A DNA stretch of 57,624 nt, taken from positions 1 to 57,624 of IMG/VR virus record IMGVR_UViG_3300025357_000014; one strand, given 5' to 3'. The notes under the pieces are model-generated. The model made no database searches, had not been told where the DNA came from, and saw only the letters and a program-made list of their open reading frames with translations. Shown piece by piece: positions 15,544 through 25,102 of this stretch. The DNA is from a virus (Duplodnaviria > Caudoviricetes). Both the position numbers and the translations under genes were made by a program. Position 1 is the first letter of the stretch. Each line of letters starts with the position of its first letter.

Positions 15544-15812
15544 TGTTGTTCTCCTTGTTGTTCTGCTGCTGCGGGTATGTGTGTTTTATGAAAGTCAAGT
15601 GCTTGTTGATGGATAGCATCATTATCCTTATCAATAATTTCACCAGTCTCTTCGTCTTTGTTCTCTTTCATGGTTGCATTGATGTGTTTGCACGTTCCAC
15701 AGTCCTTGGTGCCTGTACACGGAGAGAATTGACTATAATCGAGGCCGCTAGCCCCGATTGATGCTGTTTTGCTTATTGTTCTATCTATAATATAGTTTAA
15801 ATCCCAGCTCAT
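15540..15812 (-). CDS. hypothetical Cys/His protein
   Basis: 90-aa ORF with CTGTKDCGTCKH...FHKTH. Confidence 0.7.
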   Translation of the reverse strand: MSWDLNYIIDRTISKTASIGASGLDYSQFSPCTGTKDCGTCKHINATMKENKDEETGEIIDKDNDAIHQQALDFHKTHIPAAAEQQGEQQ

Positions 15813-15813
15813 A

Positions 15814-16731
15814 TTACTTTAACCTTATTGGATTGGGGCGAAATTGCCCGTTATTTGTTAGAATTTGTCTTATAGCAACGTCAATGGAGGCTCTAGCATC
15901 TTCCGCAGCGGTGTGATTACCTTGCTCAATTCCATAGATATCGGATAACGTATCTTTTTGTTTTATCTTGTTAATTTTTGAATCTGATAGTGACCTACGA
16001 AATGGTTGATTCTTAGTGTTAAAAGGTCTACCTTCCATTGCCCATTGATGTTTCATAACGTCAATAATTCTACCTTCGTCGTACATTTTTTGAGGATCAA
16101 AACCAGCAGATTGAATGGTGGAACCAGTTGCTTTTGCAAAGTGGTGTGCTAGCATAGGAATATCAAAGTCTAATAAATTTGCACCAACAAGTGTATCTCC
16201 ATTGCGATAAGCATCTGCAAGCCTATCAACAGCACGCCTCATACCAGTAACTCTATCTATTGCTGGAGGGTATACAATGCCATTGTTTGTTATGTGCAAT
16301 CCACTGTAAGAATTTTCAAGATCTTTTGGAGAAAAATCGTGCGTTCTGTATGCAAATTTTTCAGGGTCTGCCATCATTGTGTCTAGTGCATGTATATCTG
16401 GCTTAACAAGATATGTTTCTGATTCATTTTGAACTTGTTGACCATCTTTATAAGTTGTAAACCCATAACTTATTGGCTCGTGCAAGCTCATGTCTTTACC
16501 AGATTCTTTACCTTCGCCAAATTCTTTGTCTCTTGCTCTAATTGTAGGTGCTATTCTTGGACAATCACGAACAGGTAAACCACCTCGTTCAGTTTGATGA
16601 TCAGAACATGCACAAGTTAACGGTGGTCTCCATATACCAGTAGTTTCTGTATCAAATCCAATCAGTTTACCTGTTGGCATTTCATAAAATTTACCGTCAT
16701 CACGAACGTTTGAAAGCTTACTGTTAAACAT
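15814..16731 (-). CDS. DEDDh 3'-5' exonuclease (DnaQ-like)
   Basis: ExoI FDTETTG, ExoII GANLLDFDIPML, ExoIII HTAAEDA. Confidence 0.85.
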   Translation of the reverse strand: MFNSKLSNVRDDGKFYEMPTGKLIGFDTETTGIWRPPLTCACSDHQTERGGLPVRDCPRIAPTIRARDKEFGEGKESGKDMSLHEPISYGFTTYKDGQQVQNESETYLVKPDIHALDTMMADPEKFAYRTHDFSPKDLENSYSGLHITNNGIVYPPAIDRVTGMRRAVDRLADAYRNGDTLVGANLLDFDIPMLAHHFAKATGSTIQSAGFDPQKMYDEGRIIDVMKHQWAMEGRPFNTKNQPFRRSLSDSKINKIKQKDTLSDIYGIEQGNHTAAEDARASIDVAIRQILTNNGQFRPNPIRLK

Positions 16732-18062
16732 TATGCTTCCTCGTACATGTCAGCGTTGTAATCATGTGGATAGAATCTAGCATTGCCTACGTGAGATAAT
16801 ACTTTCATGATCCTACGTTGTTTTACAAGAGATGCATGATCAGTGGCAGTAGCAAGCAATCCACCGTGGTGTTTAGCTAGATCATTGACTACATCATAGT
16901 AATTATGATTTTGAACACCGTCCATACGTTTAATGTTGTCGCCTTGCAATGTTTCTAAGTTATTAAAATAATCACTTTGAATTTTATCTTTAAACGATGG
17001 ATAAATTTTAGATAACTCGCTTAAAACCCATTCATTGGCTCTACGTCTATCTTGTATGGGAAGGTATGGACCACGAGCATCTGGAGAAAATTCTGGAGCA
17101 TTTCTTAATTGAAGATGATGAACAAACAAAGATTGTGCCAGTTCAGAATGATTTTTTGGTGACAATGAACGTTTTTCATTATAATTTGGAAAAGCATTGA
17201 CTCTCTGTTGATTGGTTGCAATTTGTTCTTTATCGCGGGCACGCATTTTTAATGCTTCTTGTATTGCTGACGTGTGATTACCAGTAGTTTCAAGTGCTCG
17301 TTCGTAATCTTCGTATGGTATTGGACCTTCTTGTTGCTGTGCAACTTCTTTCAATTGAATATGTGATGCACCTTTATTGCGCAGCCTTCTGATTGTAGCC
17401 TTATCATGTGTATCAGGATCTATATCTAGCGTACGCAATTCTTCATATTCTTCTGGTGTAGGTTCAATGTCACCAGCCTTGTCTTCATATAAATATAGAC
17501 TTAAAGGATTTGGTAAAATATTGTCTGCTATACTTTGTGGTGTTTGACGTTGCACTGGCGCTACTGTCAATGGTGTTGGATCTTCTGGTGGTTCTACTGA
17601 TCGAGGGCGTGATTCAAGCATTTTAACAATACGATCTGTGCGAAATTCTTTGTGAATACCAGCATTAGGATCAAATGCTCTCAACGCTGTAACATTAGGC
17701 TGTCTTCCTGGGCCCATTTCTGTAGGAATAATTACGCGTTGTACACCTTGTGTATCACTAGCACCTCGATAAACTAATTCTATTTCATGTTGCTTATCAA
17801 TAGCGTTTTGAATAACTGGATGCCAATTCGATCCAGGACCCTCTGTTGGTGCAACAAATGTAGATTGTGGAACAGATTTAAACGTTGGTGTTGTTGACTC
17901 TGGTGCTGTTTGCTCAACAACAGGTTTCTTTCTTTCATAATTCATCAACGCTTCAGTAGCCCTCTGTAGGTTGGGCATATCATCTGGAGCAGCGGTAATG
18001 ACGTTAGGCGTAACAGGTCTCGTTTTTCTTATAAGATTACCGAAACGTGGACGCCATTGCAT
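16731..18062 (-). CDS. WYL-domain-containing protein
   Basis: IQNAIDKQHEIELVYRG...RVIIP...LRAFD...KEFRTDRI matches the WYL (SH3-like) signature. Confidence 0.7.
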   Translation of the reverse strand: MQWRPRFGNLIRKTRPVTPNVITAAPDDMPNLQRATEALMNYERKKPVVEQTAPESTTPTFKSVPQSTFVAPTEGPGSNWHPVIQNAIDKQHEIELVYRGASDTQGVQRVIIPTEMGPGRQPNVTALRAFDPNAGIHKEFRTDRIVKMLESRPRSVEPPEDPTPLTVAPVQRQTPQSIADNILPNPLSLYLYEDKAGDIEPTPEEYEELRTLDIDPDTHDKATIRRLRNKGASHIQLKEVAQQQEGPIPYEDYERALETTGNHTSAIQEALKMRARDKEQIATNQQRVNAFPNYNEKRSLSPKNHSELAQSLFVHHLQLRNAPEFSPDARGPYLPIQDRRRANEWVLSELSKIYPSFKDKIQSDYFNNLETLQGDNIKRMDGVQNHNYYDVVNDLAKHHGGLLATATDHASLVKQRRIMKVLSHVGNARFYPHDYNADMYEEA

Positions 18063-18065
18063 AGT

Positions 18066-18566
18066 TTATTGACCTGGAAGGATGAGCTTTTTACTGCTCA
18101 TACCCAAAGCTTTACGCTTTGCATCGTAGTAATCATCAGCAACACCAGCACCTGTTTCAAAACGATTTTGTTCGTTGTTGAATTCGCTGTTAACACGACC
18201 TACAATAGTAATTGTTGGTGGTTCTGGTGCATTTCTACCGTTTTTTTGCATAAGACCAGGCATAACCCAGTCGACTACAACAAGAAAGCCTAGCGCAGCA
18301 AACTTTTCTTCAGCTTCTCCACGTAGACTAGTTAAGTTCTCGAAACTACCCTTACGGTTACCGTATTTGTATTGTAGTTCTTGGAGAAGTTTCCAAACAC
18401 CCATAAGTTCACTCTCCATCAATTCGACGGTTTGTTCCTTACCGAGTTCTTCTTCCTCACGCTTTTGTTCAGCAAGATACGCATTGATCTGTGCTTGTTG
18501 TTCTGGGGTTACCTTAACGTCTTCCGGACGGATACCACCAATTTGATTAGGGTCTGTAATGGCCAT
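18066..18566 (-). CDS. hypothetical protein
   Basis: 166-aa ORF in a tightly packed operon. Confidence 0.75.
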   Translation of the reverse strand: MAITDPNQIGGIRPEDVKVTPEQQAQINAYLAEQKREEEELGKEQTVELMESELMGVWKLLQELQYKYGNRKGSFENLTSLRGEAEEKFAALGFLVVVDWVMPGLMQKNGRNAPEPPTITIVGRVNSEFNNEQNRFETGAGVADDYYDAKRKALGMSSKKLILPGQ

Positions 18567-18589
18567 GGTCTTCTTTCTATTGCCTATTA

Positions 18590-20926
18590 TTATTGATCTA
18601 CTCTATCAGATTCATAACGATCTGTAAATGAACTTAAACGCTTTTTAATAGCAAACGGAGCAGCAATTAAAGCAGCATCAGTAAGAGCACCTGGAACATC
18701 TATGCTATTACCAGTGTTCTTATCAATGTATTGATGGAGATTTTGTTCTGCGATAGTTCTTCCCATTCCACCATCTGGTTCGATTGTTTTCAATTGATCA
18801 GCCGTTGTTTGAAGATCTTTAAGGTGGTGTGCGTCACCAGTGAATGGGTGAGTGATTGGGTGAGCCATATCATGTAATGCTCTACCTGCCCAGTCACCAA
18901 CAGTGTGTAAACCGTGCTGAATAGCATGAATTGCTGGCTCAATTAAAGGGAGACTCCAGTGCGCTTCCTTATTGTTGCTTGAATTAAATTTTGACATAGT
19001 GTCCTCTTTCTTAGAGCTTGTACGGTATCTCTCTCTGCGAGATTCTAATCTATTTGTTTCTGTTTGGTGTTCGTTGGCTAAAGCAGTGCGGGCAGCTTCT
19101 TCAGACATGCCTGGGTATGCTGTTTCTAGAGCTTGTTTGTATGATTTAGCGTAATTTCCTACAGCTTCTTCAGCAGATGGTTCAGATAATCTTTGTTCTG
19201 CTGGAATTTCTTGCATTACATTCACTTGGAATGTTTCATGCATTGGATTTCCTTTTTCATCTAGAACAGGTTGAATACCCTTGACAGGGTGTATAGTTGT
19301 AACAGGACGGGTAACTGTTTCTACTTTGCCAGTATCGTAGTGTGTGGGCTGTGATTTGTATGCTCGTACATCTTTTTGATATTTCTTGTGAGCAACAAGA
19401 TCTGGTTGGATGCCAGCTTTTTGGAACAAGAATGCATCCTCACGTGGGATAGAAGCAATGGCTGTCATATCATCTGCATGCCATCCATCACATGAAGCTT
19501 TACCGCAGTGATCACAAGTTCCCTCAGTAGCATGGTTAGTCCACGTTTGTTTAATTTCTGGACGGCCTTCTAGTTCAGTAGAATATTCCACTGGCTTGAG
19601 CAACCAGTTGTGCTTAACACCATAAGATTGTCCACTTCTATCATCTATAGTTAAGTGTTCTGGATCATAAGTTGTTTCAGTATCAAGAGATTTACGTTGC
19701 GTTTGGTAATTCTTGCCTCGTTGGATACCAGTTATATTTTCTGTTTCAATGTATCTTTGCGGTGCATTTACATTGCCTTCTTCATAACCTATTGGTCTAG
19801 GCTCTACAAGCATTTCTTGTTCTTTACCAGTTGGTTTATCTTTAACAATAGCTATTTCCATTGCTTTAGGATCCATGCTACCTTCAGGAAAAATAGCTTT
19901 AGGTGCGTTGCCAATACCATGGAGGGTATATTCTTGCATCTCACCCTCTTGCTTCATAACATCAGCAAGTCCACGAGCTTCTGTTCTTTCTTCTGGTGTA
20001 ATATCTTTAGAGTAACCTTCTTGGTATACATCTTGATATGGGAATAAACTTTCTAGATCTTGTCTAGTTGTTTCACTCATTTCTGGTGCATCTGGTCGAC
20101 GTGTTAGTGACCATCCAGGTGACATACCTTCAAACTTACGATATAAATTATCAAATCTGTTGCCAGTGGAGTCATCAACTACCGGTGTGTTTCTTAAGTG
20201 TGCGTAAGGATCAAGAGATGAGCCGTGTTGTTGTTCACTGTGAGCATTCCAAGCACGAAGAATATCGTTGCCTTGTGCAACAATTGGGTGATCATCATCT
20301 TTGATAGGTTCTTTGTTAGTCCAAGAATGCCATAGTCTATTGAACAAACCTTTGGTGCTCATTTCAGCGTATGGCTTTTGAGATTCAGGTAAATTCTTAG
20401 CACCTTTATTGATTGCTGAATGGAATTTACGAGCTTGATCTTGTAGGTGAGTGAGATACGATGCACATGTACCACAATGTGTAGTATCATAGTCTGTTGG
20501 TTCAGCGGCTCTAGCTGCTTGTCCAGCAAGTTCACGACCTTCAATGTATTCTGAGCTTAGTTCATTGTCATTAAACCCAAGGTCTCTGTGAGTAATGCCA
20601 GCACCATCAAGATGCATGAGAAGGTGACGTTCCCATTCCTCTGCAGGATTTGGTGATGGTTGTGTTCTCTTAATTTTACCTAGAATACTTTTAGCCTCTG
20701 ATCTATCGGGGCTGTTAAACATGATATCTAAAATTTTACCAGCAATGTTTTGATGAAATTGTCTACGATTTCCACCACTATCCAATCCTGCTTTAACTTC
20801 CGCAGCATGGTCTCCCAACAATATATCTGCACAGTTGCAAGCACTGTGATTAGGTATCATTGTTGGATCAAGAGGTTCAGCTGCAAATGCAGCTTGTCTT
20901 GGTCTAAATAATTCAAGAAGTTTCAT
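18590..20926 (-). CDS. large hydrophilic His-rich protein, possible internal head protein
   Basis: 778-aa ORF with several CxxC/His clusters and an N-terminal FRPRQA motif. Confidence 0.7.
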   Translation of the reverse strand: MKLLELFRPRQAAFAAEPLDPTMIPNHSACNCADILLGDHAAEVKAGLDSGGNRRQFHQNIAGKILDIMFNSPDRSEAKSILGKIKRTQPSPNPAEEWERHLLMHLDGAGITHRDLGFNDNELSSEYIEGRELAGQAARAAEPTDYDTTHCGTCASYLTHLQDQARKFHSAINKGAKNLPESQKPYAEMSTKGLFNRLWHSWTNKEPIKDDDHPIVAQGNDILRAWNAHSEQQHGSSLDPYAHLRNTPVVDDSTGNRFDNLYRKFEGMSPGWSLTRRPDAPEMSETTRQDLESLFPYQDVYQEGYSKDITPEERTEARGLADVMKQEGEMQEYTLHGIGNAPKAIFPEGSMDPKAMEIAIVKDKPTGKEQEMLVEPRPIGYEEGNVNAPQRYIETENITGIQRGKNYQTQRKSLDTETTYDPEHLTIDDRSGQSYGVKHNWLLKPVEYSTELEGRPEIKQTWTNHATEGTCDHCGKASCDGWHADDMTAIASIPREDAFLFQKAGIQPDLVAHKKYQKDVRAYKSQPTHYDTGKVETVTRPVTTIHPVKGIQPVLDEKGNPMHETFQVNVMQEIPAEQRLSEPSAEEAVGNYAKSYKQALETAYPGMSEEAARTALANEHQTETNRLESRRERYRTSSKKEDTMSKFNSSNNKEAHWSLPLIEPAIHAIQHGLHTVGDWAGRALHDMAHPITHPFTGDAHHLKDLQTTADQLKTIEPDGGMGRTIAEQNLHQYIDKNTGNSIDVPGALTDAALIAAPFAIKKRLSSFTDRYESDRVDQ

Positions 20927-21807
20927 TAGTATGCACTCATATCATCACCGTAACCAGAAAATCTATCTCTGTGTCTACCACCACCAAGACCACCGGTTGT
21001 TTTGTAATCATCACTATAAGCTAAGTGTAGTCTATGTCCTATCATTCTCAAAGCTGTACCCAATTTTTGATGGGCGCCGCTGCATTCTTGAAATCTTGGA
21101 TCATCTTGAGTGTTGCGGTTACCACCTCTGCTATTTTGATGAACAGACCAGCTATTAAGTACAGTTATAAGATTCTTCATGTGTAAACTACGCATATCTT
21201 TTGGACCACGTGCTATGCCAGTAAGAGCCTTGTGTAGTTCATCTTGATGTACACCACAGTCAATGCAATCCATACATTTTGGTCCAGAACATAGTTGAAG
21301 TGCACGTTTTTGAGTTAAATCTGGTACTTCAACATCTCTAAAATCTGCATTCTTTCTACGACCAGGCAATATCTTTGAAAGCATTGGACTATCTAACATT
21401 GTATTAAAACAAGGTGTTGTTTTTCTATCACCAGGAAGGTAGCGCTCACCAGATTCTTTTGCTAGTGTGTAAAGTGATGGAAAGTATTTATTCAAAATTC
21501 TAGAATAAGCAGGTGAATTATCAATATTAAACTGACCAGTTGTACTGTCAAAATTGCCATCGACGTTAGGGAAAGCAGAAGGTCCTAGTCGAACAACAGA
21601 ATCGCAATTCTTTTGTAAGTTATCATACAATTCAAATAAACTAGAATCAACTGCATCTTTTGCACGTTCTGTTCTTTCCTTAACTTGCTTAGGATTTTTT
21701 GCAGCATTAGCACTATTCTGTAGAAGAAGGACACCATTGCTAAGAGTATCAGATTTATCTTGATACTCTCCTTGCATTTTACGAATTTCGTTTTCGTTCT
21801 CTAACAC
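20926..21807 (-). CDS. hypothetical Cys/His protein
   Basis: 293-aa ORF with CMDCIDCGVH...WSVH. Confidence 0.7.
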   Translation of the reverse strand: MLENENEIRKMQGEYQDKSDTLSNGVLLLQNSANAAKNPKQVKERTERAKDAVDSSLFELYDNLQKNCDSVVRLGPSAFPNVDGNFDSTTGQFNIDNSPAYSRILNKYFPSLYTLAKESGERYLPGDRKTTPCFNTMLDSPMLSKILPGRRKNADFRDVEVPDLTQKRALQLCSGPKCMDCIDCGVHQDELHKALTGIARGPKDMRSLHMKNLITVLNSWSVHQNSRGGNRNTQDDPRFQECSGAHQKLGTALRMIGHRLHLAYSDDYKTTGGLGGGRHRDRFSGYGDDMSAY

Positions 21808-21809
21808 GG

Positions 21810-22298
21810 TTAGCGTCCTCGACCCTTTGGACCAAATTCAGTTCTACTTTGTGTTTCATTACAACCACCATATGCAAATGACTTGTGTTGATAGTCCCAT
21901 CCAGTAGGTGAAGATTCATTCTGTACTAGTTCAGCTTGTGAAACTGCAATAGGCTGATCGCATCTAAAACAGTGTGGTATAGTTTTGCTACCGCCTGCTT
22001 TGTTACCTAAACCAGCCCAAAATAATCTGGCATTCCTAGTAAGAAATTGTCTAGGGGTCTTGTGGTAGTCCATTTCACTGGAAGGGATACCAGCACCACT
22101 CATAGCACCGGAACGGTCTCTTCCACCACGTATACGTTCAATGTCACCAGGTGATACGTCAACAGCACCAGCTGCTTCTCTCATTCGTGGATCAGGGTGA
22201 CCAGGGTCAGCAATCCAATAAATTTCTGCAGGGAAATTTTCTATTTTAATGGGACGACGAGCAGTAGTTTTGTACTCTCTTCTAAACCATTTAGCCAT
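21810..22298 (-). CDS. hypothetical protein with CxxC...H...C motif
   Basis: 162-aa ORF; AGGGG SD. Confidence 0.7.
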   Translation of the reverse strand: MAKWFRREYKTTARRPIKIENFPAEIYWIADPGHPDPRMREAAGAVDVSPGDIERIRGGRDRSGAMSGAGIPSSEMDYHKTPRQFLTRNARLFWAGLGNKAGGSKTIPHCFRCDQPIAVSQAELVQNESSPTGWDYQHKSFAYGGCNETQSRTEFGPKGRGR

Positions 22299-22363
22299 AT
22301 ATACCCCTATGTTTACAATAACTCAAGCGTTTTACAGCATCTTTTACATAAAACTACAGGGTT

Positions 22364-23089
22364 TTATTGGTCTTCCTCGAGGTCTTCATCGACATAATCA
22401 GCGTCTATAATCTCTGCTTCAGGCAAACGCCTAGCCTTTTTCTTGGGAGCAGTGCCCAGTTGAAGTTCCTCAATCTTGTTGAACAAGGCTTCCTTCATGT
22501 CAGCAGGCAGAACTTCACGGATAGCCGTAAGGATCATATCCAACTGGTTAACCAATTCTTCTGGGCGGTAGTCATCTCTACCTTCTTTTTCAAGCTTGGT
22601 AAGCATGTCCATGGCGTACATAGTCTGAGTAAGCGTAGGCTTGTCATACCCCTGGGCAATGCCTTCAAACCCTTTTGCTACAATAACCTCATAAAAAGCT
22701 TCAGCAGTAAGCAAACGTTCACCAGCATCAAGAATGCTGCGATTCTTTTCAGCAGCACGTTTTTCTACAATTTCACGAACCATGAGTTTTTCAAATGGCA
22801 AGTGTCGCTTTTGGTGGTTGCGAATGTTTTCGTAGTTAATACGTTCGCTGCCTTCTATACCTAGCTTGTCTTGAATAGGTTCGATAGCCTTAAGAACTTC
22901 TTTATAAGTTTTAGGGAACAACAGCAACGAATCAATTATATTCTTTAGATCATCACTGGTTGTACAAATCTTACAGTTTGGTGATGACTTGTAAAGGTAG
23001 ATTTCACCATCAATTTCTTCACTCAACAATTCTTGAGTGGTTGGTGTCATTTTCACCAACTCATTGTATTCACGTGTTCTTCGGTCCAT
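22364..23089 (-). CDS. Zn-binding/HTH-like protein (candidate terminase small subunit or regulator)
   Basis: CKIC...NIRNHQKRH C2H2-like motif, helical body and acidic tail; function is a guess. Confidence 0.5.
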   Translation of the reverse strand: MDRRTREYNELVKMTPTTQELLSEEIDGEIYLYKSSPNCKICTTSDDLKNIIDSLLLFPKTYKEVLKAIEPIQDKLGIEGSERINYENIRNHQKRHLPFEKLMVREIVEKRAAEKNRSILDAGERLLTAEAFYEVIVAKGFEGIAQGYDKPTLTQTMYAMDMLTKLEKEGRDDYRPEELVNQLDMILTAIREVLPADMKEALFNKIEELQLGTAPKKKARRLPEAEIIDADYVDEDLEEDQ

Positions 23090-23438
23090 TGTTTTCCTCT
23101 GGGTTGCCTGGTGTTAATAGATTGTTTTTATCGACATAAGTTCTACTGAAAACACCCTGTCGTGGTGGTACATCATCCCAGCTATCTAGCTTAGAATGTA
23201 CTTCTCTACGTCTACGTCGTTCTAACTGGTAGTCGCTGAGAAAGCCACCTTCACGAGCAACATCGTTGCCATACTCTTGACGAATAGATTCACGCTCATC
23301 AAGCAACATACGGTGAGCGAACCATTCCAACTTTTGGCTATAGTTAAGTTCACTCCAGTTTTTTGGTAGCTTGTCCTGGTACTTCTCTTCCAGTTCATTA
23401 AAAACTGATTGAGGGTTTAATCGTTCTCCGCTTTCCAC
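23070..23438 (-). CDS. hypothetical protein
   Basis: Track start 23552 overlaps the upstream gene by 136 nt; GTG at 23438 (VESGERL) is preferred, start uncertain. Confidence 0.6.
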   Translation of the reverse strand: MESGERLNPQSVFNELEEKYQDKLPKNWSELNYSQKLEWFAHRMLLDERESIRQEYGNDVAREGGFLSDYQLERRRRREVHSKLDSWDDVPPRQGVFSRTYVDKNNLLTPGNPEENNGPKNT

Positions 23439-23785
23439 ACGGTTTCGCACAGAGTTTTCAGAGCTTTCCTCTTGTACATCCCCACTTGGCTGCTCCATTT
23501 CGTGAAGCCCATTATCTTTGCTACTTCTACTTCTTTTCGATTTTCTAGGCATGATAGTACAACCGCTTGCTTCTGACGTGGAGGCAAACGATCTATTCCT
23601 TTCAATATGTCATAGATGTTTACAGTGACACCGTTGTTTAGTTTTAAGTCAGAATTACCAGTGGTTAAATAAATTTCATACCATTCCCAATAATTGTTTA
23701 AGAGTCGTTCTAGTATCTGCCAAGTAATCTTGCCAGGTATAACTTCTTGTTTACGACTCTTCCGTTTCGGGGATGGTTCGGTCAT
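23417..23785 (-). CDS. sigma70 region-4-like HTH protein
   Basis: LPPRQKQAVVL...RKEVEVAKIMG...V...KRKALKTL; no region 2 evident. Confidence 0.75.
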   Translation of the reverse strand: MTEPSPKRKSRKQEVIPGKITWQILERLLNNYWEWYEIYLTTGNSDLKLNNGVTVNIYDILKGIDRLPPRQKQAVVLSCLENRKEVEVAKIMGFTKWSSQVGMYKRKALKTLCETVWKAEND

Positions 23786-23786
23786 A

Positions 23787-24341
23787 TTAACTTCTTCGAT
23801 ATATTTGTTGTTGAATGTAACGTTGCGTAGCCTTGAGACTTTGCACCTTATCGTTAATCATTCTCCAAGCTGCGTATTGGACAAAATAAAACTGTCTGTC
23901 TTCACGAGTTTCTAGCTTAGCAACTGCTTCCAGATCCTTCTGAGTACCACCAGTTGGCTTACGCCATGCGTTCCAATACTTATCATCTAACATGTAGTAA
24001 GAGTATTGTGCTTTCAGATACCGTCTGGTAACCTCTTCTTCAATCGCTGTAATAGCACTCTGAAGGTTGAGGAACAGCCTATCTGCTTCATCTGCGTTCA
24101 AACTTTTATCAGTATTGAAACGTGCTATGATTACCTCAGCAGGATCAATATAATCCCTCATAAAATCATCAACCACACGCTCAATAGTTTCAAGCATTTC
24201 AAGATCTTCTGGCTTGGTTTTCCAAGTAAAGGCACGTACAGCAAACTCATGAAGTTCACCGAATTTATCATCGTGGCTGATCCCGAGCTCAGGCTCTGTA
24301 AGACCTTCAAGGCCACGTTTAATACCCTTGTTTAAACTCAT
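23787..24341 (-). CDS. hypothetical coiled-coil protein
   Basis: 184-aa ORF downstream of a consensus promoter. Confidence 0.75.
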   Translation of the reverse strand: MSLNKGIKRGLEGLTEPELGISHDDKFGELHEFAVRAFTWKTKPEDLEMLETIERVVDDFMRDYIDPAEVIIARFNTDKSLNADEADRLFLNLQSAITAIEEEVTRRYLKAQYSYYMLDDKYWNAWRKPTGGTQKDLEAVAKLETREDRQFYFVQYAAWRMINDKVQSLKATQRYIQQQIYRRS

Positions 24342-24366
24342 TTTCCATCCGATCTGGTTAAATGAT

Positions 24367-24396
24367 ATTATACACAGGTATTTTACTTATTTACAA
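24367..24396 (-). promoter_or_regulatory. sigma70-type promoter
   Basis: On the - strand: TTGTAA-18 nt-TATAAT, with TGTG immediately upstream of the -10. Confidence 0.55.
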
Positions 24397-24398
24397 GT

Positions 24399-24749
24399 CT
24401 ATTCAGGTTTTTTATTAACGTAAAATGAATAAAGATCAATCCAATTTTCAAGTGTCATCATAACGTAAGCATCTTTAACATTTTTATTACGACGCTTGAT
24501 GACAGCAATACCAAAACGTTTCTTGGCATTTTTTTGTTCTACTAAAGTTTCGTCCATGATAGTGGCGAGCACAATCTTAGCCCAGTTCTTAGCCTCTACA
24601 ACAGTATCTTTAACACCATTGATGTCACCTTTGTCAAGTGTAGCACCAGCACCATAGCGACGTTCTACTTCTGGAAAACCGCGCTCATTAAAATACTTGG
24701 CTACATCTCTTTCCCATTGAGAACCTTTAGCTTTCTGTGGTGAAGTCAC
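24399..24749 (-). CDS. Holliday junction resolvase (Hjc-like PD-(D/E)XK)
   Basis: KAKGSQWERDVA...GDI...VEAKN. Confidence 0.8.
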   Translation of the reverse strand: MTSPQKAKGSQWERDVAKYFNERGFPEVERRYGAGATLDKGDINGVKDTVVEAKNWAKIVLATIMDETLVEQKNAKKRFGIAVIKRRNKNVKDAYVMMTLENWIDLYSFYVNKKPE

Positions 24750-25102
24750 AATCCCATTTCTTTTCTTTTTTGAGTAGCAGAAATGGATTCAATTTCTGCT
24801 CCTAACTCAACTTTTTCAATCTGATAACCGACATCACGACCATAAACAATGTGTGTAATGTTAGGTAACAACATAATCAAAGTATCGTCACGCTCTCCGA
24901 TGTCAGCAACTATGTAGTTTTTGACTTCTTCAAAAGTTAATGGGTCTTTTTCTGATGTTCCTTGTGTATCTCTAATACCAATAAGAACTTGTTCATTACG
25001 TTTAAGTGCTTCTTCATATAATGCTCTATGACCTTCGTGCCAAGGCTGATACCTGCCAAGCATTAGTGTGGTTGGTTTTTTCCAATCAAATTTATTCATC
25101 AT
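24746..25102 (-). CDS. HIGH-superfamily nucleotidyltransferase
   Basis: GRYQPWHEGH and C-terminal ISATQKR motifs. Confidence 0.8.
   Translation of the reverse strand: MMNKFDWKKPTTLMLGRYQPWHEGHRALYEEALKRNEQVLIGIRDTQGTSEKDPLTFEEVKNYIVADIGERDDTLIMLLPNITHIVYGRDVGYQIEKVELGAEIESISATQKRKEMGL

Noticed and set aside
22330-22368. Possible late promoter ATAAAACCC...AAGAT shared with 56170-56200 (- strand)
   Set aside because: Only two instances, with different spacing (15 vs 12 nt) in AT-rich DNA; insufficient support.
23417-23552. Programmed frameshift between the sigma-region-4 gene and the overlapping downstream ORF
   Set aside because: No clear slippery site; a GTG start at 23438 explains the overlap more simply.
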